Assembly: GCA_051546255.1 (NCBI GenBank)
Contig: CP128819.1
Location: 372,001-436,000 of the forward strand
Direction of reading: 5' to 3'
Length of the DNA: 64,000 nucleotides
Source of the DNA: Meyerozyma guilliermondii
Taxonomy: Eukaryota
Shown here: piece after piece, positions 1 through 10,138 of the stretch
How the letters are laid out: every line of letters begins with the position of its first letter
Position numbering within the stretch: position 1 is the first letter of the stretch
Notes under the pieces: generated by a model
The model's database searches: none
Seen by the model: the letters and a program-made list of their open reading frames with translations, nothing else
What the model was told of the DNA's origin: nothing
Made by a program: the position numbers and the translations under genes

Positions 1-849
1 TCCGGTGGGGTTTCTTGGGTTCAGGGTAAGAAGAGCACTTACACCACGAGCCAATTCCCCGCGAATCATTTCCAAGTGAATATCGTAATTGTCTGCTTCA
101 CTGAGAGGAACGGGAATGGGAGAGAAGTTTTTGAACAAAGAAAGCATTTCGGCGTAAGCGGTGTAGTCGGGAAGGAAGAAGGATAAGTAGCAATCACTGA
201 TGATAGAAGCAATTCTGGTAAGACCGGCTCTTCCACCAGGAACAATACATACGTTCTTGTAGGTGTACTTGGAATTCTGGTTCTTCCGATAGGTTACATT
301 GTAGTAGTTTGCAACCGCCTCCCTCAATTCCTTGATTCCGGCAGTAGGAGCATATTCTTTAGCATGGTCAGGTACTGGGATCAGTTCTGGACGCTTGAAT
401 GAACCAGGTACTGTGTCTCCGTGCTCGGGTGCACCTTGTCCCAAATTGGCCCATGAGTCTTGACCATCATAGCCGTATTCGCCTGCTCTTTCGGTGACCC
501 AGAGAACACCAGTGGAAGACTGCGATGTGTTCATAGCCGGCTTGTGGATTTCCTCATTAAACTTTGGTCTTGGAACAGGAATTGGAGATGAGTCTCTACC
601 ATTTTCCGACTTGGATAACTTGTTTAGAAGATGGTTCTTGAGACTATTGTTCTGTGGCACGTGGTTTGGGGTCCGTGAAGAAGGAATTCCGTTGTCTACA
701 AACCGATTGTCTCTGAGTGACGTCTGACTCAGGTTGCCCTGAGAAAAGATTTCAAGAAGCGAAGAAGCGGAACGTTTAAGTGGAGCTGGAAGTGTGGATT
801 CCAAGCGCTCGAACTCGTACACGCTACCTTCATCGGATTCGTTTGCCAT
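1..849 (-). CDS. PLP-dependent class I/II aminotransferase (aspartate aminotransferase-like), 3'-truncated by window edge
   Basis: Not in the ORF track. ATG at 849, open to base 1: MANESDEG...WANLGQGAPE...EYAPTAGIKELREAVANYY...VCIVPGGRAGL...PDYTAY...LLT(CTG=S)NPRNPTG, which are class I aminotransferase motifs. Confidence 0.9.
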   Translation of the reverse strand, partial: MANESDEGSVYEFERLESTLPAPLKRSASSLLEIFSQGNLSQTSLRDNRFVDNGIPSSRTPNHVPQNNSLKNHLLNKLSKSENGRDSSPIPVPRPKFNEEIHKPAMNTSQSSTGVLWVTERAGEYGYDGQDSWANLGQGAPEHGDTVPGSFKRPELIPVPDHAKEYAPTAGIKELREAVANYYNVTYRKNQNSKYTYKNVCIVPGGRAGLTRIASIISDCYLSFFLPDYTAYAEMLSLFKNFSPIPVPLSEADNYDIHLEMIRGELARGVSALLTLNPRNPTG

Positions 850-1575
850 ACTGAAGGTCACTTAATTGGAGTTTAGAAGCGAAAATAAATTGCACCGGGC
901 CGGGTCAGCGGGCTTAGATCGCATAGTATGGGTGTGTGGGTGAGACATGGCGCCCAACGAGCGGCTGCGATTTCCGAAATGAATAGTTACTCCACACTGC
1001 GAGCCACTGGTGGTTTTGGGAAGTATTGGGAACCACTTGATTATGGGGAGCTTTTTAGTAGGTTTACGGGGTTTACACGATAATGTGAAAATAACCGTAT
1101 TGTACAAACCAATAATAATCACGAATGCGTAAGTCACCATAATATATTCAATTGTAATTATATACCCCTCCCAGAAACCATTTATGACCTTCTATACAAT
1201 AGCTATGTTATTCCCCATCTCTTCTTTATTTATTTTCGCTCTCTCGTTTTTCGCCGCTTCCCCTCGAGGCTCGAACTGTGGGGTGCGTGTTCGGCATTTT
1301 GATGACTTGCGTGCCGGAACTGAGCATCACTTAAACTCACATATATTTTTTAACCCTGGATAATTACCACATTTTACTGTTTATAAGTCTGTCTTAAACC
1401 TCCTTTTTTGATCACAAAAGTCGAAAAGACCCCATTAAACATCCTGGTAGTGACTTCTACCTACAAACCACTTAGTAGCAGCCGTCGTAGCTGCGATTTG
1501 CCTGGAGCCAAACAGGAACAACTTTTCTAACTCCTTTGATTTCCCTAATTTATACTTGTTTCCACCACCGGTGCA

Positions 1576-3432
1576 ATGCTAAACAAGCTTAGATTCAAGC
1601 ATGTCAACATAAACAGCATTTTGGAACGTGAAAAGTCCTCAAATCCACTCGATGACTTCGGCTCCGATGGGGGAATTGATCCTCCTCAAAACTCTCCTCC
1701 GGGACCGCTGTCGTTCTTCCTTTCACCAATCACTTCTAATGAATCTGCATCCACCACCATCGTCGAACAAGACCACATAGATGAACCAAAGCTCCCCGAC
1801 TCTTACTCGCCATTACTTTCCCTCCCGGTTGAAATTCTTCATCGCATCATCGAATTGGTATATTACGATGACAACACCAACTCCATCAACGCAAACCTCG
1901 AGACCTTTTCCAAAACCATCCCCCTCCTTCTGAAGACCGTTAATGCATTATCTTTGAGATTTCTTTACAAATATGCGGTATTCAATCGACCACATTCCTT
2001 CGATAAATTTCTTCATAACCTCATACGCCATCCTGACCTTGGGCGCTACGTCGAGTTCATCGACTTTCAAACATTTACATCGATCGGTTTGGGACGCACT
2101 GGACGTATGAACCAGGAAATCCAGATGGTAACGTCTGAAACCATTGCCCATGCACTCACCTTGATCCCCAACTTGATAGAGTTTCTTGCAAGTGAAAACA
2201 TCCAGGATGACTTGGGTGTGGCTGTGCTTGATAACCTCTTCAATCACCAACCGAAATTACAAGCCCTTGATTTCTGTGGAGCAAGTAGCGAGAGTTTTGC
2301 TAGGGCGTTCCAGTTACTAGAAATTGAACTTCCTCAAACTGAAATCATTGCCGGTCAGGTAGTCGAACGACGTAAATTGGAAAACTTGTTCAAGATATCG
2401 TTCCATGATTGTTCCAATCTTCATGTTGACATTTTCGCAAAGATACTTCCTCATTTGCAAAACTTGAGGCGCTTGGATCTCACTCATACATCGATAAATT
2501 CAACTACTCTTGTCGCCAACGTCCCGGTGACTTCAAGACTCACTCACTTGTCATTGGCCAGGTGTTCGAGACTCACAACCAAAGATCTCATTAATTTCTT
2601 GGTTAATCATCCCTCAGTCGCTCATCACCTGTTGCGTTGGCTCAATCTTCAAATCGACTCTAATGTGGTCTCCCCACTTTCCGATGTGTACTTGCACTAC
2701 ACTTTGCAGAACTTGAAGGCTGATGATTTGCGTTACCTCAACCTTGGCGGACTTCCGGTGAACACCCGCATCCTTCGTACAATAAGAAAGAGGTTTGTAA
2801 ACTTGGAAAGCTTGATATTGTCCCATAGTGGATTGGAGACCGCTGACATCATGGAGTACTTGGAGGGCAACACGACCATCAAGTTCCTTGACCTTACTGG
2901 ATGTAAAAAAATCACTCGTTTCAATCTCACCAGCATTCTCAAAGCAAATTTTGGATCGAGTTTGTTGGCACTTGAGTATGATTTCAAGCCGCTCATGGAA
3001 ATGACGGGAGGAGACTACTCCAAGATAGCTCCAGCAACCTCGTCTTTGTCCTTGGTAGACCAGTCTATGGTGCAACCAGATATTTGGAAGTTTTATGATA
3101 ACGAGGGTCGCAGAGCATGGATCTACAAAGTTGGGCAAAACGACCCGGCTTATAAATCCATACTTGCGGGAAATTATAACAGCTACAAACTCCTGTCGAG
3201 CCTTACTTTCTACGATTTGGAAACAGGCAAGAAAATAACGCAAAAGACAACTAAGCCCGATTTCCTCAGGTACGCATCGCGAAAAATCAACTGCCTGATC
3301 GGCTATTACCAGCTCAACGATTGCAAGAAGAAAAGCTATATAAAGAATGATGGAGACTATCAGGAGGATATCTGGCCGGTAGCTTTCAGTCAAAGAGGCA
3401 TTTACAATTATTACTCGCTCAATGTGAAATGA
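1576..3432 (+). CDS. F-box / leucine-rich-repeat protein (YLR352W-like)
   Basis: 618-aa ORF with an F-box-like LLSLPVEILHRIIELV followed by LRR units (LRRLDLTHT, LTHLSLARC, LRYLNLGG, IKFLDLTGC). Confidence 0.85.
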   Translation: MLNKLRFKHVNINSILEREKSSNPLDDFGSDGGIDPPQNSPPGPLSFFLSPITSNESASTTIVEQDHIDEPKLPDSYSPLLSLPVEILHRIIELVYYDDNTNSINANLETFSKTIPLLLKTVNALSLRFLYKYAVFNRPHSFDKFLHNLIRHPDLGRYVEFIDFQTFTSIGLGRTGRMNQEIQMVTSETIAHALTLIPNLIEFLASENIQDDLGVAVLDNLFNHQPKLQALDFCGASSESFARAFQLLEIELPQTEIIAGQVVERRKLENLFKISFHDCSNLHVDIFAKILPHLQNLRRLDLTHTSINSTTLVANVPVTSRLTHLSLARCSRLTTKDLINFLVNHPSVAHHLLRWLNLQIDSNVVSPLSDVYLHYTLQNLKADDLRYLNLGGLPVNTRILRTIRKRFVNLESLILSHSGLETADIMEYLEGNTTIKFLDLTGCKKITRFNLTSILKANFGSSLLALEYDFKPLMEMTGGDYSKIAPATSSLSLVDQSMVQPDIWKFYDNEGRRAWIYKVGQNDPAYKSILAGNYNSYKLLSSLTFYDLETGKKITQKTTKPDFLRYASRKINCLIGYYQLNDCKKKSYIKNDGDYQEDIWPVAFSQRGIYNYYSLNVK

Positions 3433-3599
3433 GGTATTTTTTTGGTATCGATGCATGAGAATACGTCACCGGCAACAAAGCAATTTGCATGAAACGAATT
3501 GCGCTTTGAGCATGAAAGTTTCGATCATATATTATGAAAACATATATAATACATAATACTAATGAAATGCATAAGAACTGAAACTGGGCAGTAGCATGG

Positions 3600-4400
3600 T
3601 CAGAGTAATGAGATTGCCGCAAGCACGAGGAGGCCGGTGAGTGACAAAGGTGTGGTTCTCGAGAGAGCATCGGAGTAATCCAAGGTCTTGAGTGTACCAT
3701 TAGAGTGATTCAAGTATGGATTTTGTCTCAAGTACTCCACAACTTTTTTGTTCTCGATACCACTGGAGGTAGCAATACTAGTGGCATTGAATTCCACTTC
3801 CGACCGCTTTTCCAAATTCGAAACCATGACTTTCGTATCCAAGTAGTTCCTGGCTTCACGTCCAGAAACGTTTTGAATCGTAGCACAGGCAAATCGGGTA
3901 TTATTTGCAAAGTGAAACACCACCGAGCGACCACCAATATATGACTGAGATTTGGGATTCAAAGAAAGATATGGGTCAGTATACTTGGCTTCGAAGCAAG
4001 TAGTATTAATAAACCCATGCTTTCCTGAAAGGTCACCGACTTCACAATAGGAGTTAGAAGGAAGAGCATCACAATCTGCGGGTGCATTGAATGGGTTGAA
4101 GTGGTCACCAACGGCATCACAATTTCCGTCCGCAGGAACCGGGTATTCATGAATGTGATAGTAGAAGGGACCTCCTTCTTCAGGTAAGCCCGTCAGATCA
4201 ACATGGACTAGAACAGGATCATTGCTTTTGGCTGAGAACACAATGTTCGCTTTCACAGTTTGCGACATGCCTTGTGGGAAACTAGCCACAGCAACCGTCT
4301 CGGCCCGAGGTTGCAAAGCTCTCGGTGCTCGGAAACAGGCTACGTTTGTAGATAGAGCCAAAATGGCCAAAAAACTGGTCATTGGGAAACTGAGTTGCAT
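3600..4400 (-). CDS. SOD6: Secreted, probably GPI-anchored Cu-only superoxide dismutase (SOD4/5/6 family)
   Basis: Signal peptide; motifs YHIHE, GDHFNP, CEVGDLSGKHG, SVVFH; hydrophobic C-terminal tail. Closely resembles C. albicans Sod6 as recalled. Confidence 0.85.
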   Translation of the reverse strand: MQLSFPMTSFLAILALSTNVACFRAPRALQPRAETVAVASFPQGMSQTVKANIVFSAKSNDPVLVHVDLTGLPEEGGPFYYHIHEYPVPADGNCDAVGDHFNPFNAPADCDALPSNSYCEVGDLSGKHGFINTTCFEAKYTDPYLSLNPKSQSYIGGRSVVFHFANNTRFACATIQNVSGREARNYLDTKVMVSNLEKRSEVEFNATSIATSSGIENKKVVEYLRQNPYLNHSNGTLKTLDYSDALSRTTPLSLTGLLVLAAISLL

Positions 4401-4691
4401 TTCGAAGTCGTTGAAAGCGAAGAATGAAACGGTTGCAAATGAGTCGCACGATCAAGTTGAACACAAATGAAGTGAGTACAAACACGAACAAGAGTGACAC
4501 AGACACGCATATACAAATCAAGCAGTCCGATAGTATAATGTTCTTATCATCGTTTTTTGCATGAATCTTCATCACTATGTTCTTCATTACTTCAGTCGGC
4601 TACGCTGAGTTGGCCGACGTTGCAGCCGTTCCCAATTAGGAAGGTGTCAAACCCTGTGTGAGGTGCACGGGCTTTCCCCGGAAAGTTGTTA

Positions 4692-4697
4692 CCGAGG
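4692..4697 (+). promoter_or_regulatory. CCGAGG FarA/Ctf1-type fatty-acid response motif upstream of the phosphotransferase
   Basis: CCGAGG about 50 bp upstream of ATG 4748. Confidence 0.45.
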
Positions 4698-4747
4698 GAT
4701 GAAATGTGGGGAGCAGAATAGAGGAATTTCATCCCGAGAAAACAAGT

Positions 4748-5968
4748 ATGGTTGTTGATGTTACAGAAATAAGAAGTCCTTTTGATTTCAAGGGTTTGGA
4801 ATCCTTGCTCAAAAACCTTGATGGGAATTTCAATGGTATTAGCTTGGGAGCTAATGGAATGCCCAATTTCCAACAACCGTTTGACTACAAGCAATTCAAA
4901 TTCGGCCAGTCGAATCCAACGTATATGATCACTGATGCTAGTGGCAAGCAGTTTGTATTAAGAAGGAAACCGCTGCCCAATAACAAATTGGTTTCGAAAT
5001 CAGCCCATGCAATTGAACGGGAATTTTTCATGTTGTTCGGGATCAATGTGTGCAACAAAGATGCCGCTCCCCATCGAGTGGTTCCAGTTCCAGAGGTATA
5101 TTTGTTGTGTGAGGATGAATCGCACATTGGGTTCGTGTTCTATTTGATGGAGTATATCGATGGAAGACAAATCAAGAACCCAAGTATGCCGGGCATGAAC
5201 CAGCAAGATAGCCTGGCCCATTGGCAAGCCATTATGCAAACAATTACCGCAATTCACTCAATTGATGCCAATAAGCTTGTGAGGTGTCTTCCAGCCAAAC
5301 ATTTTCCCCAATTTCAACCTGAAAAGTTGGCGAAACCGCTGACTTCTTCTTACTTTCAGAGACAAATCAGAACACTTTCTGCCGTGGCTGCTGGTCAATC
5401 CAAGGTGGTGAAACCCATTCCTCATTTCGAGAAACTTTGTCAGTGGCTCTTGGAGAATGCTCCAAAGGATCCTCTGAAACTCACGTTGATTCATGGCGAT
5501 TTCAAAATTGATAATGTCTTGTTCTACCCGAATGAACCCAAGATTGCTGCTGTTTTGGACTGGGAATTGTGCACATTTGGTCATCCATCGTTTGATTTGG
5601 CCAACTTCTTGCAACCTTTCCAGCTTCCCAACCAGCTTAACCAGCTTCTTTACAAACCTGATAAAACTGATATGGGAATAGAAAAGCCCGGCTCACTTGA
5701 TAGCGTCTACGACAAATTAGCTCTCTACCAGAAAAATTTGGGGTACAACTGGAGCGACGAAGATCCCAAAAACAATCCAGTTGACCTGTGGAGCGTTGGT
5801 TTTGTGTTTGGGTTGGTTAGGTTGTGTGTAATTTCGCAAGGTATTGCCATGAGAGTTGCGAAAGGAAATGCCAGTTCTGGAGAGGCAAGTGGCTACGCAA
5901 ATTTGTATCCATACCTCGCAAAGTTGGCAGTAGAGACCATTGAAAAGCCGCCTGAGTCAAAGATGTGA
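4748..5968 (+). CDS. APH-family phosphotransferase (stand-alone ACAD10/11 N-terminal kinase-like domain) with a PTS1-like SKM end
   Basis: First ATG is at 4748 (the track starts at GTG 4706). Motifs FKFGQSNPTY, VLRRKP, HAIEREF, HGDFKIDN, VLDWEL; ends TCA AAG ATG TGA (SKM). Confidence 0.88.
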   Translation: MVVDVTEIRSPFDFKGLESLLKNLDGNFNGISLGANGMPNFQQPFDYKQFKFGQSNPTYMITDASGKQFVLRRKPLPNNKLVSKSAHAIEREFFMLFGINVCNKDAAPHRVVPVPEVYLLCEDESHIGFVFYLMEYIDGRQIKNPSMPGMNQQDSLAHWQAIMQTITAIHSIDANKLVRCLPAKHFPQFQPEKLAKPLTSSYFQRQIRTLSAVAAGQSKVVKPIPHFEKLCQWLLENAPKDPLKLTLIHGDFKIDNVLFYPNEPKIAAVLDWELCTFGHPSFDLANFLQPFQLPNQLNQLLYKPDKTDMGIEKPGSLDSVYDKLALYQKNLGYNWSDEDPKNNPVDLWSVGFVFGLVRLCVISQGIAMRVAKGNASSGEASGYANLYPYLAKLAVETIEKPPESKM

Positions 5969-6055
5969 TATCAGTTATTTATTTTTTTTTGGTGGGGCCG
6001 GTATACTACCCCAGGTTTTTACCATTTAGGCAGAATTCGCATTCGATTTTTCATA

Positions 6056-6475
6056 ATGAAATTTGTAGAATATCCCGAGGTAGATGGCCCAGAAATACGC
6101 CCGTCCATTCTTCGCTGTCCGTTTTCCCCGTGTAATGCTCGCATAATAGCGTCCGATAATCTAAGTCAAGTCAAAGTACACAATTCTCCTTCACTCGTCA
6201 ACGTACTGAAGGATCAGGTTCATGATGTATTTTATATGATAAATGACGTTTGGGACTTTGATAACATAGGTGTTCTGAGACCAGCAACCGATATACAGCA
6301 ACCGACAATAGATGGCGAAGAGTCAAATTTGGACATAAAGATCGAAAGGTTACTTATTTGTAGCGAATGTGACAAAGGACCTCTTGGGTTTGCCGGGTTT
6401 GAAGGAGATGAAACCGATGTTAAAAAACTCAAGTATTTCTTGAGTTGCAAAAGTGTTTTATATCAACTACAATGA
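6056..6475 (+). CDS. DSS4: Mss4/Dss4 Rab (Sec4) guanine-nucleotide dissociation stimulator
   Basis: RCPFSPC and LICSECDKGPLG Zn-ligand pairs; DVWDFDNIGV(CTG=S)R motif. Confidence 0.88.
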   Translation: MKFVEYPEVDGPEIRPSILRCPFSPCNARIIASDNLSQVKVHNSPSLVNVLKDQVHDVFYMINDVWDFDNIGVLRPATDIQQPTIDGEESNLDIKIERLLICSECDKGPLGFAGFEGDETDVKKLKYFLSCKSVLYQLQ

Positions 6476-6504
6476 AAGATTTTACATATACGTTCATAAC
6501 TTGA

Positions 6505-8595
6505 TTACAACTTGCTCTGTGGTTCTAAGTCGTCAGCAATGCCCAATGCAATACGACGGGCAATAGACATGGTGCTGATCATAGGATTGGCTCCACTTGC
6601 GGTGGGCATTGCACTCGCATCCGCAACGTAGATGTTACCACACTCGTACAATCTACCTCTGGTATCACAAGCCCCATCGGAAGGTCCCTTGCCAGAAATA
6701 CGGCACGAACTCATTTGGTGAGCAGATCCATACGATGGACCCTCAGCACTCAATGGGATACTAAGCAATTTCTTTCTCCATTCCTGGTAGTCTTTGTCGT
6801 TTACCAGACGTTCAGACACTGGCTTTGTAGTGGTGAAGGAGGGACTCCAAGCCTGGGGAGGTATGATACGCTGGACTCCCTTTATGTACAACATGTCGGC
6901 AGTAACAGCCATAGCTTCCAACAACGCTTGACGGTCAAACTTATTGAGTGAATAGTCAATAACAAGAGCATCTGGCCGAGCAGGATCGTTACGAATGGTA
7001 CCGGACGAAGTGTCTCTTGTGATAAGTAACATGGAACAAGTGTTATTGTAGCCAAGCAATTCCTTACGAATATCATCGCTCCCTCTCCAAGGAAGAAATG
7101 CCGCCTCGATGTGAGGAGTGTGAAGCATGGTTTCAATCTTTGCACCATGAGCTTTGCCATCCAAGTCGTCAACCTGGGTACAAACGGCTGTCATGATAGG
7201 CTTATCGTAAGGGTGAAACCGTTGGTCGGGAAATTGTCCTGTGAGAACTGTGACAGGATGCAACTTCAAGTTACTTCCAATGTGCTTGTTCTTGAACCCG
7301 GAATTTTGCAATACCACTGGCGTATTCAACGAACCACCACACATAATGATCTTCTTGGGACCAGTAATCTTAAACTTTCTTCCTTCAAGATCCTCACACA
7401 AAACTCCATAAGCCTTTCCACGTTTGTGAAGAACCTGTCTGACTTTGACTTGGTCCATAAATTGGGTGCCGTTCTTAGCAGCGTCACGGAACCAACAAGC
7501 AGCACTACCCTGTTTGATGTTGTGCTTACAACCCAAGAAACAAAAGCCACAATCGTGGTTTGGGTGCCCACCATTGTTCTGGGGAACAACAGCAACATTA
7601 TAACCCAATTTCGATCCACCGTCAAGAATGACTTGGTTGGAGTATGAATGGTCAATATTCTCGTCGGACGCATGCATCTTCTTCAACACGTATTCCATAT
7701 CTTTGTCGTACTTGTCAGTAGCTGCCCAGTCAATCTTGTGGTCCTCGAACCATTCCATACGCACCTTGAATGGAGTTTTAAGACAAGCAGACCAGTTGAC
7801 AGTACTTCCTCCACCAAAAGTCGAGCCTGCGAGAAGGAAAAGTTGCTGGTTGGTTGTAGCCACCACACCATTGTTTTCATACAAGTTTTGCATTCCCTCT
7901 CTAACCTTGAATTTGTACTCGGAAGGATGGTAGTATTTTCCTTTTTCCAATACCACACATTTGAATCCTCGATTCGACAAAGTCTCTGCAACGACGCCTG
8001 CGCCCGACCCCGAACCAACGATTAAGGCATCTACCGGGAGGTAGAGCTCGCTTCCATCGGCAGGATGCTCCATCATGGTGTATCTGAACTCATCTGGTTC
8101 AAATTCGTTATATAGCTTCTCGCGCTTTTCAGCATTGGGGAAGCCAATGGCCTCATTGTGAAGGTCATCAAGACATTGAATGAACGTGGTCACTGTCAAG
8201 CCATAAACAAGCTTGAAAAGACGACGCTTTTGCGGGATGTTAGAGTCTCTCCACGACACGAGTAATGCCTCGAGTTCTTCGTAATCCATGTCTCTGATCA
8301 ACTTGAGAGTACCGGTGAGTGCTGGTGCAAGTATTCTCGAGTCCAATGTGTTCATAAGCAATACAAACATCTTGGTTCCCTTGGTGTGGGTTCTCATGAC
8401 ATTATTTTTAATTCCGTCCCGAAACTCTTGCATATCCGACGGTTTGGTAATCTTGCTACAATACAAGTCGATCTTGTCTTCTGGGAAAGATGGATCCAAG
8501 TAAGGTCTAATGTTTTCTGGTGTCGTCTCATGGACTACACCATCGGCAAGACAGCAAAAGATGTCGATGTGTTTATCCTCGACAACCTCGAACAT
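6505..8595 (-). CDS. FAO1: Long-chain fatty alcohol oxidase (GMC oxidoreductase), peroxisomal
   Basis: IVGSGSGAGV FAD motif, GSTFGGGSTVNW, CGFCFLGC, SAHQMSSCR, PTASGANPM; C-terminal SKL. Confidence 0.92.
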   Translation of the reverse strand: MFEVVEDKHIDIFCCLADGVVHETTPENIRPYLDPSFPEDKIDLYCSKITKPSDMQEFRDGIKNNVMRTHTKGTKMFVLLMNTLDSRILAPALTGTLKLIRDMDYEELEALLVSWRDSNIPQKRRLFKLVYGLTVTTFIQCLDDLHNEAIGFPNAEKREKLYNEFEPDEFRYTMMEHPADGSELYLPVDALIVGSGSGAGVVAETLSNRGFKCVVLEKGKYYHPSEYKFKVREGMQNLYENNGVVATTNQQLFLLAGSTFGGGSTVNWSACLKTPFKVRMEWFEDHKIDWAATDKYDKDMEYVLKKMHASDENIDHSYSNQVILDGGSKLGYNVAVVPQNNGGHPNHDCGFCFLGCKHNIKQGSAACWFRDAAKNGTQFMDQVKVRQVLHKRGKAYGVLCEDLEGRKFKITGPKKIIMCGGSLNTPVVLQNSGFKNKHIGSNLKLHPVTVLTGQFPDQRFHPYDKPIMTAVCTQVDDLDGKAHGAKIETMLHTPHIEAAFLPWRGSDDIRKELLGYNNTCSMLLITRDTSSGTIRNDPARPDALVIDYSLNKFDRQALLEAMAVTADMLYIKGVQRIIPPQAWSPSFTTTKPVSERLVNDKDYQEWRKKLLSIPLSAEGPSYGSAHQMSSCRISGKGPSDGACDTRGRLYECGNIYVADASAMPTASGANPMISTMSIARRIALGIADDLEPQSKL

Positions 8596-8789
8596 TTTTT
8601 TTTTCTTGCTGCTGTAAAACGTCGTCCAATTCGCTTCCTTTTAAAGTGCATGCGCGCCTGTGATTTAGCATTGTGGGGACCAAGCAATCACATGAAAATT
8701 TTACATCACGCCACCAACCGTTCGTACCAGGTTGCATCGTTTGCGATTTGGTATTTGCAAGGTTTAAGATCAGTATAGCAGATTCTTAG

Positions 8790-8795
8790 CCTCGG
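8790..8795 (-). promoter_or_regulatory. CCTCGG/CCGAGG FarA/Ctf1-type motif upstream of the fatty alcohol oxidase
   Basis: CCTCGG about 195 bp upstream of the minus-strand ATG at 8595. Confidence 0.5.
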
Positions 8796-9081
8796 ATCAA
8801 AGCAATTGAATGTTTGTAGTAGCATTTTGCAGCCATTGAACCTCTAATCGCTTACATAGTATATATACCTCACATACGAATCCACATCTTGGCGCAGATT
8901 TACGACTTGAGCCCCAATCTGACCCCAAGATTTTATGAACATTTGATAAAATTTTCCGTGGGTACATCAAAAAAGGAGGGGTGCGTCCAGCGTCCCGAGA
9001 ATATGCATTCCGTCTCCACAATGTTCCTGCACACGTTCCACCAGTCTCCTGCACATCTCGTCGCTCAGCAGAGCTCATCGC

Positions 9082-10011
9082 ATGGATCTGATCGCCGGCT
9101 ACAGTTCTGACACCTCTGACACAGAAAACGAGTCCGACACCCAATTGCCTTCTCCTGACTTTTCGCCGTTCCTGGAGAATTATTTTGGCAACAACAACAT
9201 GGCCAGTATCTTTCTACACATTCCATGGAACCCGCCCATGCAGGTTGCAAATCAACTTAAAACCATTGCGTACGACGCACTTAGGCAGTTGCGGCAACAA
9301 CACCCCGAGTATATACTGAGCTACACCTGGAATGCAGTAGGGGAGCGTACGAAACTGGTTCATGGTAAATTCAGCATAACCAATAAGTACGTCCTTCGCA
9401 CACACCATATCTCACTCTGTTCAAACATCAGAGGAAAGCCACAAAACATTGACAATTTCATCAATGATTTTAAAGGTGAAGTGACAAGAATGAGGATACC
9501 GCCACTGATGATTCAGCCAGAAAAGACCGAGCAGGAAAGAGCCAAATCACTCAATGCCATTCTTTTTCGGGACCAACCTCCACCATCCAGAACCGCTCAA
9601 AAGTATATAAGTCTTCGTCTTCGCCCTCAACTTCGTCTTTTCCGGAGCTTCTCCTCCAAAAGCGTCTTCTTGGCTGCAGTTCTCGATTTCTCGGCGCCAG
9701 AAGAGCAAGCTTTCTTTGGACAAATATGGGAAACCATCACAAGCAATGTGGACAAGCTGGGCGTTGAAATCGAAACATTTCGCAACAACAAAGAGCTTAA
9801 GCCCCCTACGCTCCACGTTTCATTACTATACGGAGAGATGAACAAGAAAGCAAGCCAACAATATCATGAAGTTAATGAAAGTCTTCAACTGTTGCACTTG
9901 GATCAGCTCAAAGATATCCAGGTTTGTGTCGACAAAGTTATCATTTCGAAACTCGCCAAAGTTCACAAAACTACTTCAATTCCATTCGTTATCGAAGAAA
10001 CAACTGCATAG
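9082..10011 (+). CDS. USB1: 2H phosphodiesterase, U6 snRNA 3'-end processing (Usb1-like)
   Basis: N-terminal MDLIAGYSSD and two HxS motifs (HHISL, LHVSL). Confidence 0.75.
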   Translation: MDLIAGYSSDTSDTENESDTQLPSPDFSPFLENYFGNNNMASIFLHIPWNPPMQVANQLKTIAYDALRQLRQQHPEYILSYTWNAVGERTKLVHGKFSITNKYVLRTHHISLCSNIRGKPQNIDNFINDFKGEVTRMRIPPLMIQPEKTEQERAKSLNAILFRDQPPPSRTAQKYISLRLRPQLRLFRSFSSKSVFLAAVLDFSAPEEQAFFGQIWETITSNVDKLGVEIETFRNNKELKPPTLHVSLLYGEMNKKASQQYHEVNESLQLLHLDQLKDIQVCVDKVIISKLAKVHKTTSIPFVIEETTA

Positions 10012-10138
10012 AAGCCGTGGACTTCCTCAATAGCTTTTTTGCACCGCTATTTCATCATACCTGGAACCCGAATTGTACATCCATGCACCACGGTGTCCGC
10101 TAGTCCCGCGAAACCCACTTCGCCCTCTTCCCTTCAGC

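Noticed and set aside
2614..3456. 280-aa antisense ORF inside the F-box/LRR gene
   Set aside because: Almost wholly overlaps a well-supported CDS on the other strand and has no recognisable motifs; shadow ORF.
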